NCBI GenBank assembly: GCA_951406725.2
Contig: OX597831.1
Coordinates: forward strand, 37,076,001 to 37,140,000
DNA length: 64,000 bases
Source: Octopus vulgaris
Taxonomy: Eukaryota
Direction: 5' to 3'
This document shows positions 40,275-53,840 of the stretch, piece by piece (position 1 is the stretch's first letter; each line of letters starts with the position of its first letter). The notes beneath the pieces are model-generated. The model made no database searches and was not told where the DNA came from. It was given only the letters and a program-made list of their open reading frames with translations. The position numbers and the translations under genes were made by a program.

Positions 40275-40768
40275 TAATAATAATAGTGCAGAAGCTATTT
40301 TCTGGTATTTCTTTAAAAAAATATATTCAGTGTAATAACACTAAAAATTCCCAGTAATTCTTCAATAGAAAAATAATAAAAAAAGGATTAAAAAAATGTT
40401 CGTAAAAATAAAACTAGAAGAAATAGTGGAAGGCTTCGCTTAATCAATTATCTTTCAAAATGTTTAAAAGATAGTGACAGAATGATAGCAAAAAAATCAA
40501 TAAAATTGGTTTTCTATTTACAATATGAGTGAATTTAAAGAAAGCATAATTTTTTTTTTTTCAAAACTGACTTTTTTTCTGTCTTTTACTAGCGGTATAT
40601 TTTACTTTTATCTTGGTTGAATATTAGATTGAATAGAATGCAAATGTATTAGAATGTTTTGTTTTTTTTTGTTTGTTTTTAGAAAATAAAAAAAAAATGG
40701 AAAGAAATGAAACAAGGGCAGAGAACAAAGTAAACAAGAGAGAAATGTAAATAATAATAATAATAACG

Positions 40769-40808
<40 letters not shown>

Positions 40809-40860
40809 TAATAATAATAATAATAATAATAAGAAAAAAATAAAAATAAAAATAAAAACA

Positions 40861-40918
<58 letters not shown>

Positions 40919-41168
40919 TAAAGATAGAAGAAAATTTAACAGAAAGTTAGTTTTAAAGACAAGAGACAGAATATGTATATAGCATAGATTTCCGTGTGAT
41001 TAATGTTGCTTATCAGTTCGCTGTTATTTCAAGTTTTAGCAATCGCTTATAACACCTGAATACATTAGCAGATGCATATTATGATCAAACCAATACTTGG
41101 TTAGCTTTTAAAATTGAAGGATTTAGTGTTGTTCGCTTTTGCGGCCGTTGCTGCTGCTGCTGCTGCTT

Positions 41169-41202
<34 letters not shown>

Positions 41203-41700
41203 GGTAGTAGTTTTTGTTGCTGTTGTTGTTGATGTTAGTTCCAGTTCAGCTCTGATAAAGTAGACCTATGATCAAAGTTAACTCTAGCCTTGATTTGCGA
41301 GTGAATCAGATAGAAGGAAATCGGCATATTTATGTAGGTGTATATATGTATGTTGTATTTCAAATGGTGTATCAAATGAAGGGATCTAGAGCCAAGCAGT
41401 TTTTTTGTCTCGTAGCTAGAGTTTGAAATAGATACGGGAATCTATGTGTGCAAGTGTATGTGTGTATACATATATATGCGTGTGTGTGTATATACATATG
41501 TGTGTGTGTGTGTGTGTGTGTAAGTTTTGGCACGCGTGTCTGCACAGGAAAATAAGGATTTCTTCCGCAGAAGTAGACGTATATAAATGCCCTAAAAAGT
41601 TGAAAATGAACTTGGAGTCCTGGGGTCGATTTGTTCAACTAAAGACGGCGCATGGAGACGCAGTCAAATGACTGAAAGAAGTAAAAGAATAAAATACAAG

Positions 41701-41750
<50 letters not shown>

Positions 41751-41753
<3 letters not shown>

Positions 41754-41971
41754 TCTTTTACTCTTTTACTTGTTTCAGTCATTTCACTGCGGCCATGCTG
41801 GAGCACCGCCTTTAATCGAGCAACTCGACCCTGGGACTTATTCTTTTGTAAGCCCAGTACTTATTCTATCGGTTTCTTTTGCCGAACCGCTAAGTAACGG
41901 GGACATAAACACACCAGCACCGCTTGTCAAGAAATGCTAGGGGGACAAACACAGACACACAAACACACACA

Positions 41972-42012
<41 letters not shown>

Positions 42013-42174
42013 GTACGACGGGCTTCTTTCTGTTTCCGTCTACCAAATCCACTCACAAGGCTTTGGTCGGCCCGAGGCTATAGTAGAAGACACTTGCCCA
42101 AGGTGTCACGCAGTGGGACTGAACCCGGAACCATGTGGCTGATAAACATGCTACTTACCACACAGCCACTCCTG
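41751..42174 (-). mobile_element. SINE family B (an older + strand tail faces it at ~41610-41692)
   Basis: Homology to 13718-14131. Confidence 0.88.
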
Positions 42175-42970
42175 TATATATATAAAATTGAGGATGTGTG
42201 TGTGTGTGTGTGTGTGTAAACCCACGGAACTGAAGTTCGTAGTTGATTTTATTCAAATTGGGGACACACATTATTTACGTTCAAGAGATGGTTTTAGATT
42301 CTTAAAAATTTTCACAAAATGAGTAATTGGCCCCCTGGGGGACAGAAAACCAAATTCCCTGCGTAAACAATACGAACTTCGTTGGTTCAAGTCACGTTAC
42401 TCTTGATAACGTATTTACGTTAATTTCTATACCTCTATTCCATAAATGTTTTGTTAATGTGGCACTTCTCCATATCACATGTTTCAACGTAACTGCAACA
42501 TATATACAAATTATGCAATTTAAATCCCGAGGAACGGTGGGTATGTCTGCTAGTATATGTATGGTTATTTCTGTCTCTTCTATCTTTTCTCTTTTCAAAG
42601 AAAATATTTCTTCCAGCGTTCACTATTTTCCCCTCGTTCAGGTCTAACGACCTTCCATGTCTGTTTTCTTTGGTTTCTTGTATATCTCCACTGACCTGTT
42701 TTGTTCCCAACTTTGACCCTCCATAAATCCTAAATTTTATTTTAAATTTATGGGAACAACTGTCTTCGAAGGCTTATATTGTCCCTCTCTGTTTAATTGT
42801 CCTGTTTTTATGTATTTCATGTTGTTTGCACAGTTGATCGTCCTGTACCCATATATGCATATATATAATTTATTACACACACACATACATACATATATAT
42901 ATATGTATACATATATATATATATATACACATATATATATATATACACACATATATATATATATATATAT

Positions 42971-43078
<108 letters not shown>

Positions 43079-43164
43079 GTTGAAATTTACAGAAAAACAA
43101 AATACGAAGACAGGTATATAAACCACAAGCAAGTGTGGTTTGACGCTCGGGAAAGTGAGAGAGT

Positions 43165-43200
43165 CTTTTACGTTTCGAGCCTGCGCTCTTCAACAGAAAG
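43165..43200 (-). ncRNA. A6U-family hammerhead-like motif
   Basis: cttt-CTGTTGA-a gagc gcag gctc-GAAA-CG-TA-aaag; ~90-nt conserved tail runs into (TA)n at ~43075. Confidence 0.65.
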
Positions 43201-43647
43201 GAATGAGAAAATAACAGAGAGAGAATTAAAAAAATTGTAGATTTAGCGATCAGGCATGGTAGCTGATTGGGAAAAAAGTTTTTACAGGAGAGGTAGAAAG
43301 AGGAGGAGATAATAAAGTATTGGTGATCTCAAAACGAAGGTGGGCGTGCAGATGTGTATGTAAGAATGTGTAACTGTGTTTGTGTGGATAGGCGCTAGTG
43401 ACATTTACGTGTGGATGTGTGCGGGTGTAAGTGTGAGCGTCTGTAATGTGTGGGTGTTTGGATAATGGTGTGTGGAAGTGGTCAGTGCTATTGTGTGCGG
43501 AGTGGTGTGGGGTGGGGTGGTGGTGTGGGGTGGGGTGGTGGTGTGGGGTGGGGTGGCGGTGTGGAGAAGTGGGTGTGAGATGGGTATATGGGAGTGGATG
43601 TATAAATATACATATGTACATATATTCAGACATACATACATACATAT

Positions 43648-43699
<52 letters not shown>

Positions 43700-43722
43700 C
43701 TCTCTCTCTATATATATATCTC

Positions 43723-43771
<49 letters not shown>

Positions 43772-44166
43772 GACAGCATTTTCTCTTGTTAAAATGCAAT
43801 GAAGTTTTGTATGAAGGAAATCGAAAAGTTCGGCTGGTTACTGAGAAAGAAATGAGGTTAGTTGGTTATTGAAGAAAAACCAGTAAGGTCAGTTGATAAA
43901 TAGAAAATTGATAAGGTCAGCTGATTACTGAAATATTTTTTATTCATCTCAGAATACTGAATAAACAGGTTGACTCCATCTTCATTTCTATTCAGAAGCA
44001 GACGATCGAGGAACACAAATACAACTAAATATTTGCTTAATCTGGAGACTATTGTATATATCCAAAAGAGTTATGTAAATATCTAAAACAGAAATCGTTT
44101 AGACTTTTTCAATGTCTTCCTTTTAACCTTCTTTGTCATTTTCCTTATTATTATGCTCAGTCGTGA

Positions 44167-45163
44167 AGATGGTGAGCAGGCAGAAACGTTAGCACGCCGG
44201 GCGAAATGCGTAGACGTATTTCATCTGCCGTTACGTTCTAAGTTCAAATTCCGCCGAGGTCGACTTTGCCTTTCATCCTTTCGGAGTCGATTAAATAAGT
44301 ACCAGTACGCACTTGGGGTCGATGTAATCGACTTAATCTGTTTGTCTGTCCTTGTTTGTCCTCTCTGTGTTTAGCCCCTTGTGGGTAGTAAAGAAACAGG
44401 TATTTCATCTGTCTTTACAAACTTAGTTCAAATTCCGTCGAGGTCGACTTTGCCTTTCATCCTTTCAGAGTCGATTAAATAAGTACCAGTTACGCACTTG
44501 GGGTCGATGTAATCGACTTAATCCGTTTGTCTGTCCTTGTTTGTCCCCTCTGTGTTTAGCCCCTTGTGAGCAATAAAGAAATAAGAATCGTTAGATAGTC
44601 GCGTAAAATGCTTAGCGGCATTTCGTCCATCACTACGTTCTGATTTCAAATTTCGCCGGGATCGACTTTGCCTTTCAGGGTCGATAAATTAAATATCAGT
44701 GAAACAGTGGGGTCGATGTAATTGACTTGTCTCATCCCTCAAAAGTCAAGCCTTATGCCTATATTAAAAAGGATTTCACTCCTATTCAAGGGAAATATTG
44801 GTTTAAAATTTTGGCACAAGGCCAGTAATTTCGGACATGGGATTAAGTCGCTTACATCGATGACAGTATTTAACTGGTACTTATTTTATCGATCCGGAAA
44901 AGATGAGATTTAAGTTGACCACGGTGGAACTTTAACTCAGAACAAATTCTTTTCTACTATAGGCACAAGGCCTGAAAGTTTTGGGGAGGAAGCCAGTCGA
45001 TTAGATCGACACCAGTACGTAACTGGTACTTAATTTATCGACCCCCGAAAGGATGAAAGGCAAAGTCGACCTCGGTAGAATTTGAATTCAGAACATATTG
45101 ACAGACAAAATGCCGCTAAGCATTTTTTCCCGGCAAGCCAACAATTTCGCCAGCTCGCCGCCG
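44167..45163. mobile_element. Cluster of five SINE A units (three + at 44167-44775, two - at 44790-45163)
   Basis: Repeated gttcaaattccgccgaggtcgac / ggggtcgat cores. Confidence 0.85.
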
Positions 45164-45276
45164 TTATTCAAGAGAAATGTTAACCATAGTAATATCAATG
45201 ATCAAGACGGATTTGTGAACAGCATGGATTTAACCTTTTCCTCTAGATGAATCAATTATAGAAAAAAATATATTAG

Positions 45277-46710
45277 CCACTCTGCTCTCTTTTATATGAT
45301 AAATAATATGCTCGTATTGATAGCTTTTTTATTCATATTAGCTGTTTTAGAAAACCATTTTACATAATATTGCTTTAATGAGAAATTATAAGAGCAATAA
45401 CTGTCTTAATTAACATCATTGTTCATTTGGTACTGAATATTTAAGGTTCTACCGACGTTTAGATATGTCCCAGGCGGATCTAATCCTGTTCATTTATTGA
45501 AAGCATTTGTTTATGTTACAAATAAATGCAAATGAGTTAAAAAGAGAAAAATATATAAGCAAAAGTAAGACTAACACAGGTGGAATAAGCTGGAAATAAG
45601 TGAATATTTAATTATATTTATTAACTACTAGTTAAATAATTAATGTTTCATGTCAATTTACTATATTTTGTGCCCTAAGAAAATACACTAAATTTCTTGG
45701 GACTCAAGAAAACCGACTATAAGAGGTTATTGTTGAGTACCAAACAGATCTATGATAAAAAATATCCCCGTTTTTCATCATCTTGGAGTATTTTTGTATA
45801 CAAGCGGGTACTGAAAAATTCCTGGCTTTAGGCAAAAGAAAATAGAAAGTAAAAGAAAATACAGAAAATGCCGCAGTCCTTTAGTTTTTCTAAACCTGGT
45901 AAAAGAACTCGGAAAGTTGGGTCTCCAGCCACCTTTCGCGACACCCTTAAAGCCAGGATCTTTCAGCTATCTGTCATACGTCAGTTTTGTCATTTCTCTG
46001 TTAAAGACTGTAGTGTGTGACGTTTTACGCCGGTTCAAAGTAATAAATCCGTTTTGCCTTTGTATTGATAAACTTACAGCACGTAAGTACTCTCTCATGT
46101 TCTGTCCATCACTCCAGGCCCTCTTCGTACCGTTTGATATTTCCCCCTCTTCTGCTACATCCATTTTTACATGAACCATATGAATCTCAAAAGCTCAGCA
46201 AAGTCCTGCAAAGGGTAACGATGTAACATTTTGTTTATCTTTTTTTTTCTGAACGTCAAACAACTTGTAAAATAAAGATTAAAGATTTTAGCGACTCTGC
46301 TCTCTTTTATATTACAAACGATGTGCTATTGTTGTTTCTATATCCATATTAGCTGTTTTGGAAAAACCACTTTACATAATATTGTTTTAATGGAAAATTA
46401 TAAAAGCAATAACCCCCTTAATTAACATCATTGTTCATAAGTTATTGAATATTTAAGGCTTCGTTAACGTTTAAATGAGCCCCAGGAGGATAAAAAATTT
46501 GTTTCGCTCATTGTCAGTACTTTTTTTATGTCATAAATAAATGTAGATGAGGTAGAAAGGGAAAAATATTGAAAGAAGTAAGACTAATTCAGTTTGAATA
46601 AATTAGAACTAGGTGAATATTTAATTACATTGACTAAATAACAATCAAAGAATTAATGTTTCACATCAAATCACGGACATATTTTGCAGCAGAAGACACA
46701 AAATTCATTC
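45277..46710. repeat. Diverged direct duplication (~45277-45700 / ~46291-46710)
   Basis: Shared actctgctctc...catattagctgtttt...taattaacatcattgttcat...aagtaagactaa. Confidence 0.75.
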
Positions 46711-46818
46711 TGGTTGATGAAAATCAGTTTTATATAGGAATTGACATTTGCTGTTTAGCACCAAATAAACTAGGATCAAGCAAAGGCATGCTTAGAAATA
46801 TGAACCCGTTTTTGATTA

Positions 46819-46974
46819 CATTATTTACATTATTTACATTTGACGGATATTTGTCCTCTCTTGTTTGTTGTTAGTACAACGTTTTGGCTGATATATCCAC
46901 CAGCCTTTATCAGGTGTCTTGGGGAAATTTCGAACCTGGGTTCTCATTCCTAAGGTATTTTTCGATGTTGTTGC

Positions 46975-47038
<64 letters not shown>

Positions 47039-47123
47039 GTTCAGGTCACTACCTGGGGCATAAGGCGTTTAAGAGCCCAGGCTACAAACCCAAAGATTCC
47101 GAGTTCGATTCCAGGCAGGGACT

Positions 47124-47172
<49 letters not shown>

Positions 47173-47352
47173 CAACAACAACATCGAAAAATACCTTAAG
47201 AATGAGAACACAGTTTCAAAATTTCGCTAAGACACCTGATGAAGACTGGAAGGTATATCAGCCGAAACATTGTGTTAACAACAAACGAGATGAGGACAAA
47301 TATCCGTCAAATGTAAATAATGTACATAATTCCTCATCTCTTAAATATAGAA
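46819..47352 (+). mobile_element. Fold-back element: tRNA-like head, (AAT)n, hammerhead tail, inverted partial copy upstream, 13-bp TSD
   Basis: Arms ~46826-47056 / 47111-47324; B box GAGTTCGATTCC 47101-47112; TSD ccgttttt(g/a)atta 46806-46818 / 47353-47365. Confidence 0.75.
47232..47275 (+). ncRNA. Minimal hammerhead (G16.2>A); complementary-defect mirror copy at 46874-46917 (-)
   Basis: acac-CTGATGA-a g(a/g)ctg...cagcc-GAAA-C(A/G)-TT-gtgt; two-arm consensus is a complete core with AACGTT palindrome. Confidence 0.7.
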
Positions 47353-48017
47353 CCGTTTTTAATTAAACCTAGATATTTATATATCTAAGTAGTGTCTTGT
47401 GTGTGATGTATTACAACAGTTGAAAGTAATATGCCCTATTTCACCCGAATAATGATGTCAATTGAGAAATGTATTGCTTTTAACAATTTCCTATTAAAGC
47501 TACTTTACATAAATTGATCCTCCCAGTCAGCCTCGAGTGGCTGGCAGACACTAGTGTGGCAAATGCAAGGAGGGGAGGCAGCTTATGTGTGATCCAGCAG
47601 TTAAGAAATGTTCGCAACGGCAAAGTAATGCTTAGCGTGGTCCCTTTCTGGGGAGGTGGTCAGCTAAAGAAGGTCTAGTAACGAACAAAATAAATTGTTA
47701 TATTGGAGTTGCTTTATATTATAAGTTCTAATTCTTCCTGAATTGACTTAATTTCCAGACTTTCTCCTGGCCACATGATAAATAAGTTTACTTCACAGTC
47801 ATAAATACCTAGGTTCAATTTCAGTGTGTGATATCTCAGACAAGTATTTTTTTCTATTTAAAACATAACCTCGAATCAATGTAAGCCTTGGGCTTGAAAT
47901 TGAGTTGACAGAAACTCATTGGAAGGCCTTTGAATAAAGTATATCTCTAATTCAAAGTAGTCAGCCTTATCCCACAACGTGTTGCACTGATTCCATCCGA
48001 GAATTACATTTATGGTA

Positions 48018-48566
48018 CACGGCTGTGTAGTAAGAAGCGTGATTCCCAACCGCATGGTTCTGGGTTCAGTCCCACTACGTGGCACATTGGGACTTCTGTT
48101 ATAACTTCGGGCCGACCAGAGCCTTGTGAGTGGATTTGGTAGATGGAAGCTATAAGAAGCCTTCATATAAATATATATATATATATATGTATGTATATAT
48201 ATATATAAGAGATAATGGTATCCTTGAGATCCAAAGGAGCCAGGAAATGCTGAATAAGTGATATAGACAGACCATAGTTAAGTTCCAGATTCGGTAATAT
48301 TGCGAATAAAGGGTTCAACGTTGGTTCTATGGCAGCGTGTGTATATAAGAACTTTTTGCGTAATAAGATAAAAAACCAAGGCTGTATAGATACTAGAGCA
48401 TTTATAGATAGAAGGCCTTACAGCTGTTTCTAGGATATATATTAATAATATCATAGAAACAGGTGTAATGATGTGTGTATCATTTATAATGCATATATCT
48501 ATAAATGCTCTATCTACACAGCCTTGGTTTTTTTTATCTTATTGCGCAAAATATTCACACACATAC

Positions 48567-48650
<84 letters not shown>

Positions 48651-48826
48651 GTGTGTGTGTGTGTGTTTATCTATGTGTGCGTGTCTTTTGTGTTTGTCCT
48701 ACCACTACTTCACAATCGCTGTTGGTGTGTTAATATCCCTGTAACTTAGCGTTTCGGCACACGAGACCAATAGAATAAGTATCAGGTTTAAACAAGAAGT
48801 ACTGGGGTCGATCGATTCGACTAAAA
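48018..48826 (+). mobile_element. SINE B split at its internal microsatellite (head 48018-48165, tail 48680-48826)
   Basis: Both halves match family B; the fold-back insert lies between them. Confidence 0.7.
48352..48552. mobile_element. Fold-back element whose symmetry axis is a hammerhead stem II
   Basis: ttacagctgtttctagg...catagaaacaggtgtaa; arms related to 37700-37785. Confidence 0.7.
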
Positions 48827-49983
48827 ATTCAGTTGATAGCTTAATCAAAATACTCATTATTGAAGTCAATGATTTGTTCTTGTTACTGTTGTTCAAGCCC
48901 TACATCAGACATGATGAAGCATGTTTATGATTAAGGAAGTTTTCAGACACAGTTTATGGAACTATATTAATCAATGTGTCCGTTGCTTTCGTTTTAAAAA
49001 CGGTAGTGTGTGATGTGTAAGACATTTGGCTGCTACTTCTAGCAGACTATGAGGCCACTTAGAACTTCATTCAATGGCTTGTAAGTATTCTTGTTGTTTA
49101 AGTCCGAATGAGTCATACTGTAACAGATTTATAATTAAGCAAGTTTGTGTTGAGATTAATTAGTGTCTGACTTGTACGAGCTTTAGCTACTATTTCTAGC
49201 AAATTGAGCAACCAGCTACACATTACATTTAAGTATTCCCTTTAGAATAGCATGGTGCACTACTTTATAGGCGCCCTTTCATATAGCATTCTTACTATGA
49301 CGTCTGTACTTAGTTAAGCTTTCTCAGGGCTGCAAGTATTTAACCGACAGATCAATCATTGTCACCTTTCATATTATCCAGAATATGCTAGAAATGCCAC
49401 ATTAAGTGTTAAATCAATTAATCAATCAATTTAAGCATAATTATCGCTATCTTCAATATCTGTAACAATTAATTGTCAATTAATTAGTTAATTATCTTGA
49501 CGAACTTTAAAAAATATTATCTTGAAATATACCTTAGAGAATCAAATGTGAATAAACGAAATAACATGACTATAATGAAATAATTGTTACGGACAGCTTC
49601 CAGGTTCACTGCCAGATTTTGGTAGTCTGGTTCCTGGCTATAGTGCTTTAGCGTAAGATCACTTGTGCTCGAGGAGACTTAGGAACAACAGCGTTCTAAC
49701 GGTGGCCATCCTATCTTATTTTCAGATATATTGTTTCTAAAACTTCGTTACAAACTGCGTTCATTAATACGACAGGGTTAGATCTAGGAAGATTTAGCTG
49801 CTATTTCAATAGGTCAAACTCTCTGTCCGTTTCTAAGAGAGTTATTTAGATCTAGATGTGTATGATAAAACGCGTGATAGACGCGAGCATTCCGTTCGTT
49901 TATATAATTATGACTACATTGTTCAATGTGTCGTTTATTTTGTTAAGAAAACGGGCATTGCCATTATACACACACACACACAC

Positions 49984-50014
<31 letters not shown>

Positions 50015-50162
50015 TATATCTGGTGACGTCGATGTTCGCCTGGGGCTAAATGCAACAGTAACACCCCCACCACCCTGCCCTGTCCCTAGCCATATTCAGA
50101 TGGCTTTAGTCCCTTATGTTATCGAGCAGTTACTGTCTATATCTCTTTTAGAATTATTATTG

Positions 50163-50229
<67 letters not shown>

Positions 50230-50288
50230 AGTGTGTAGAAATTGATATTAATCAATTAAAAAATCCGAAGATTAAAAATTGTGTTACA

Positions 50289-50418
50289 TACAAAATTTAG
50301 AGGAATGATCGCTAAAGTGGACACCTAATATGCTAAACATAGATGTCAAATGACGATTTGATGTTTATGTTTAGCATATAGAATGTCCACTTTCGTGGCC
50401 ATTCCTCTAAAATTTGTA
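50289..50418. repeat. ~60-bp-arm imperfect palindrome between microsatellites
   Basis: tacaaaatttagaggaatg...gtcaaat / atttgat...cattcctctaaaatttgta. Confidence 0.8.
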
Positions 50419-50741
50419 CATATATATGTGTGTGTGTGAGTGTGTGTGTGTGTATGTGGCTGGCTGTGTGTGTCTGTGTGTGTGTATGTATCCGTCTGAC
50501 GATTGCCTGGCGACATTCTAATCGAGATTTGCATTCTTTTGATTCATAAGTTTCTTTGATAAGATTTTCTGAGGCAATATTATAGCCAGTACTCGCCGTT
50601 TTTCTTTCGTATATGCATTATAAATGATACACACATCATTACACACACACACCTATGCGCGCGCACATACACACTTATATGCACATATGCTCGTATGTTA
50701 GGTGTGTGCGTGCGTGTGTGTATGTACGTGTAGGATAAACA

Positions 50742-51290
50742 TACGAAATGGTATCAAAAAGTCTCCTGGATAGTTCTGTAGCGTGCCAACAGATGACAGC
50801 ACACGGTTGCGTGCGCAGTGAGAGTTAGTAGTGACTTTCATGAGGCAGTGTGTTGAGTGTCATCACTGTTTTTACTTCGCGAGTAGTGACATTTTTGTGA
50901 TCACGTGCATGCTATGTGATTTTTGTCATGGACAGGAAGTTGGAACAAAGAGCCAACGTAAAATCTCGTGTTAAACTTGGTAAGTCTGCTATAGAGACAT
51001 TGAGCATGCTTCGGCATGTTTACGGTGACGAGGCAATGGGTCGTACGCAATGTTTCGAGAGGTACGGATGCTTGAAAAGCTGAAGAACGCCTCTGGAAGA
51101 CGATGATCGATCTGGAAAATCTGTCACGAGCGTATCCGCTGGAAATGTGGAGAAACTCCATCAGTGTGTGCATGAGGACAGTTGGAGGACAGTCAACGCC
51201 CTTTTGAAGTCTTTGAGGGAGGAATTCAGCGAAAGCGACTGGATCTTTGGAGCGCGAAGAATTGGATTCTTCGCGACGACAATGAACCTT
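50742..51290 (+). pseudogene. Internally deleted mariner element (N-terminal HTH region)
   Basis: MDRKLEQRANVK..VKLGKSAIETLSMLRHVYGDEAMGRTQCF...LEDDDRSG from 50928; later KRLDLW..KNWILRDDN. Confidence 0.8.
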
Positions 51291-52327
51291 TTAAAACGGT
51301 CCCGATAATCAACATTAGTCATGTCTTATATTTTTAATGATTGCTCTCTGATGTGACTCGACTCTCATAATGCTTTAGTTTAGTGTTGGGGGACCACTGC
51401 GCATATACGCTCATGGAGAATGTACTGTATTTCCCTATTACATCAGGTTTCTAAATTTATCTAACTTCAAATTGCTTCAAACGCGATAGTGTATTGATAA
51501 AACTTTAAAATTATATTTACAGATTCTTTTACCTATTTCCTACAAATAATAAGCTGTATTTTTTTCTTTCACCCTTTAAACATTGGTTATATATTTATAT
51601 TCATCAATGTCGAATGAAATGATTACACGAATTAACATTTTCACCCTACCACCAGATAACTTACTCTTTGCTTTCCTAGAGCTTACCGTATGCTTTATAG
51701 GTTATTATTATAACAAATTAAAGGATAATAATTTTCCATTATTATTTCATTAATAGGCCTATCTAAGATTTTAATACTAATTCACAGCTATTACGTTTTA
51801 TACACATATTAAAAAAAAATTCCCTATCATAAACATATATAAGAATATACCATAAAGCCTTCTTATTTATGTTTTGCAAAAATAATTTTATAATCGTGAA
51901 ATTAAGTATTCGCCTTAGATGTTTAAGCAATTATAAAGCACTAAAACCAAGGTAATTTTATTAATTATAAACTATCAGTGATTTCTAATCGATTTCTGTC
52001 GCTAATAGTAGTCTCTACAGCATACAATGTCTTCTCCACCATTCTTTACCAGTTACCTCACGCTCAAGAGTTCGATATTGTCCAAGTTTTACGACTTTCA
52101 TTACATTTTCATTTGATTCCTCATTCCTTCTTAGCAATGTTTATCAAATATTTTTGAAACCCATTAACTTTAATTATAAATGTAATCTTGTCGTTCTTCA
52201 GATACAACTTCAGATATACGCTATAAGGCGACATTGTAAAGTTACTTTCACTTTTACATGCATTAATACACACACACACACACACACTTGCATGTATTGT
52301 ACAAAGTGCAAAATATATAGATGCATA

Positions 52328-52382
<55 letters not shown>

Positions 52383-52549
52383 AATATCTATATATCTATA
52401 TCTATATATCTATGTCTATATATCTATATATCTATATCTATATCTATATATATACATCACTCTCCCTCTCTCTCTGTCGCCATGATAGATCGTTAGCAAT
52501 TACACACATTTTTTCTCTCCTTTTTTCTCTCCTTGTTTTTTCCGTGTCT

Positions 52550-52585
52550 CTTTCTGTAAAAGAGCGTAGGATCGAAACGTAAAAT
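52550..52585 (+). ncRNA. Degenerate A6U-family hammerhead-like motif
   Basis: cttt-CTGTAAA-a gagc gtag gatc-GAAA-CG-TA-aaat; conserved tail to (TA)n at ~52673. Confidence 0.5.
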
Positions 52586-52670
52586 ACTTTTACTATTCCT
52601 GAGCATTATACTAATACATCTGTTTGTTTTGTACACCATCTGTCTTTTGTTTTTTTTTTCGTAAATCATT

Positions 52671-52743
<73 letters not shown>

Positions 52744-53505
52744 TATACATTGTGTATATCGTAGTGATATTCTGCCTGTATTTCTGAAACAAAGAGCAAT
52801 GAGTGTTTACCATAGATGAATTGAAGTTCACCATAGTTCTACTACATCAGGGATAACTTGGAGTTAATCAACAATAACCACAACAAAACACCAAACACAG
52901 CAGCAGCATATGCATATAGATAGACACATGTGCACATACAAACATACACAGACACACACGCACGAAGAAGCACGCACACACACACATATAACAATACTTG
53001 ATATTAGTCCTGACGTTATTTACTTATCGCATCTCTACACGTGTCTCTATGAAGCTTGTAAGACCGATTCACATAAACCTGGCCCGGTGCAATTCTTATA
53101 TCTTCACAGCATCGCAATTAATGAAAAGAAGTTAATAATCAATTCAAGCCAGGCTTCTGTGATTCAACCATACAATCTCCATCAGAACATCTGCAAAGAT
53201 GCTTTAAGCAAATTGTATCGAATTATATCAAAGCTAAATCCTCAGTTTTTTTCCCTATGTATATTAAGTGATCCTCGTCACAATGGAGACAGCAGGAAGT
53301 TCTATGAACTAACACGAATTTTCTTCCCAAATTTTCTCTTCTAACCTATAAAAAATTTCTAAATACAGGTTCTAGGTCATGTATATTAACACTCGCCATA
53401 CAAGTATTACACATAAATATGTATGATTCGAGTACTGCGATGGCATGTTGGTGCATAATCTTCTAATGCATATATATATAATTATAATTTAGGCTATCAG
53501 AGTAC

Positions 53506-53564
53506 ATTCCACTGCTGAAGGCAGAGCATTTCTTATGCAAAGCCAGAAAACAGGGATCTGGAAT
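53506..53564 (+). ncRNA. Possible degenerate hammerhead with CUGCUGA core
   Basis: attcca-CTGCTGA-a ggc..gcat..atgc..gcc a-GAAA-acaggga-TC-tggaat; stem III poor. Confidence 0.35.
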
Positions 53565-53804
53565 TATCCAGTAATTTTTGGGCTAGTTTATTTTGTCTCT
53601 TTATCTTCTCTCCTGGTGCTGTATGAACATTTAGTGTGGTTTTAGAGTCAAGTTTTGATTGCTATTTCCAGCGTGGAGGTATCTCTTAGATACCCTAAAT
53701 TATAATTTTAATAATAATTATTACCTTTGAAGTTTTTTATTCCCATGCTGGCCACCTGATAAGATCGGTACTTAAATATCGATCTTATCCTTATATATAT
53801 ATAC

Positions 53805-53840
<36 letters not shown>

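Noticed and set aside
42705-42770. ccataaat/atttatgg stem followed by gaacaactgtc
   Set aside because: CUGANGA half not recognisable.
43503-43562. (TGTGGGGTGGGGTGG)x3, G-quadruplex-capable repeat
   Set aside because: Low-complexity repeat with no evidence of function.
44167-45163. Regularly recurring repeats suggestive of a CRISPR-like array
   Set aside because: Units are SINE copies in eukaryotic DNA, with no constant repeat/unique spacer structure and no cas genes.
50492-50580. CTGACGA-ttgcct...aggcaa
   Set aside because: GAAA and stem III absent.
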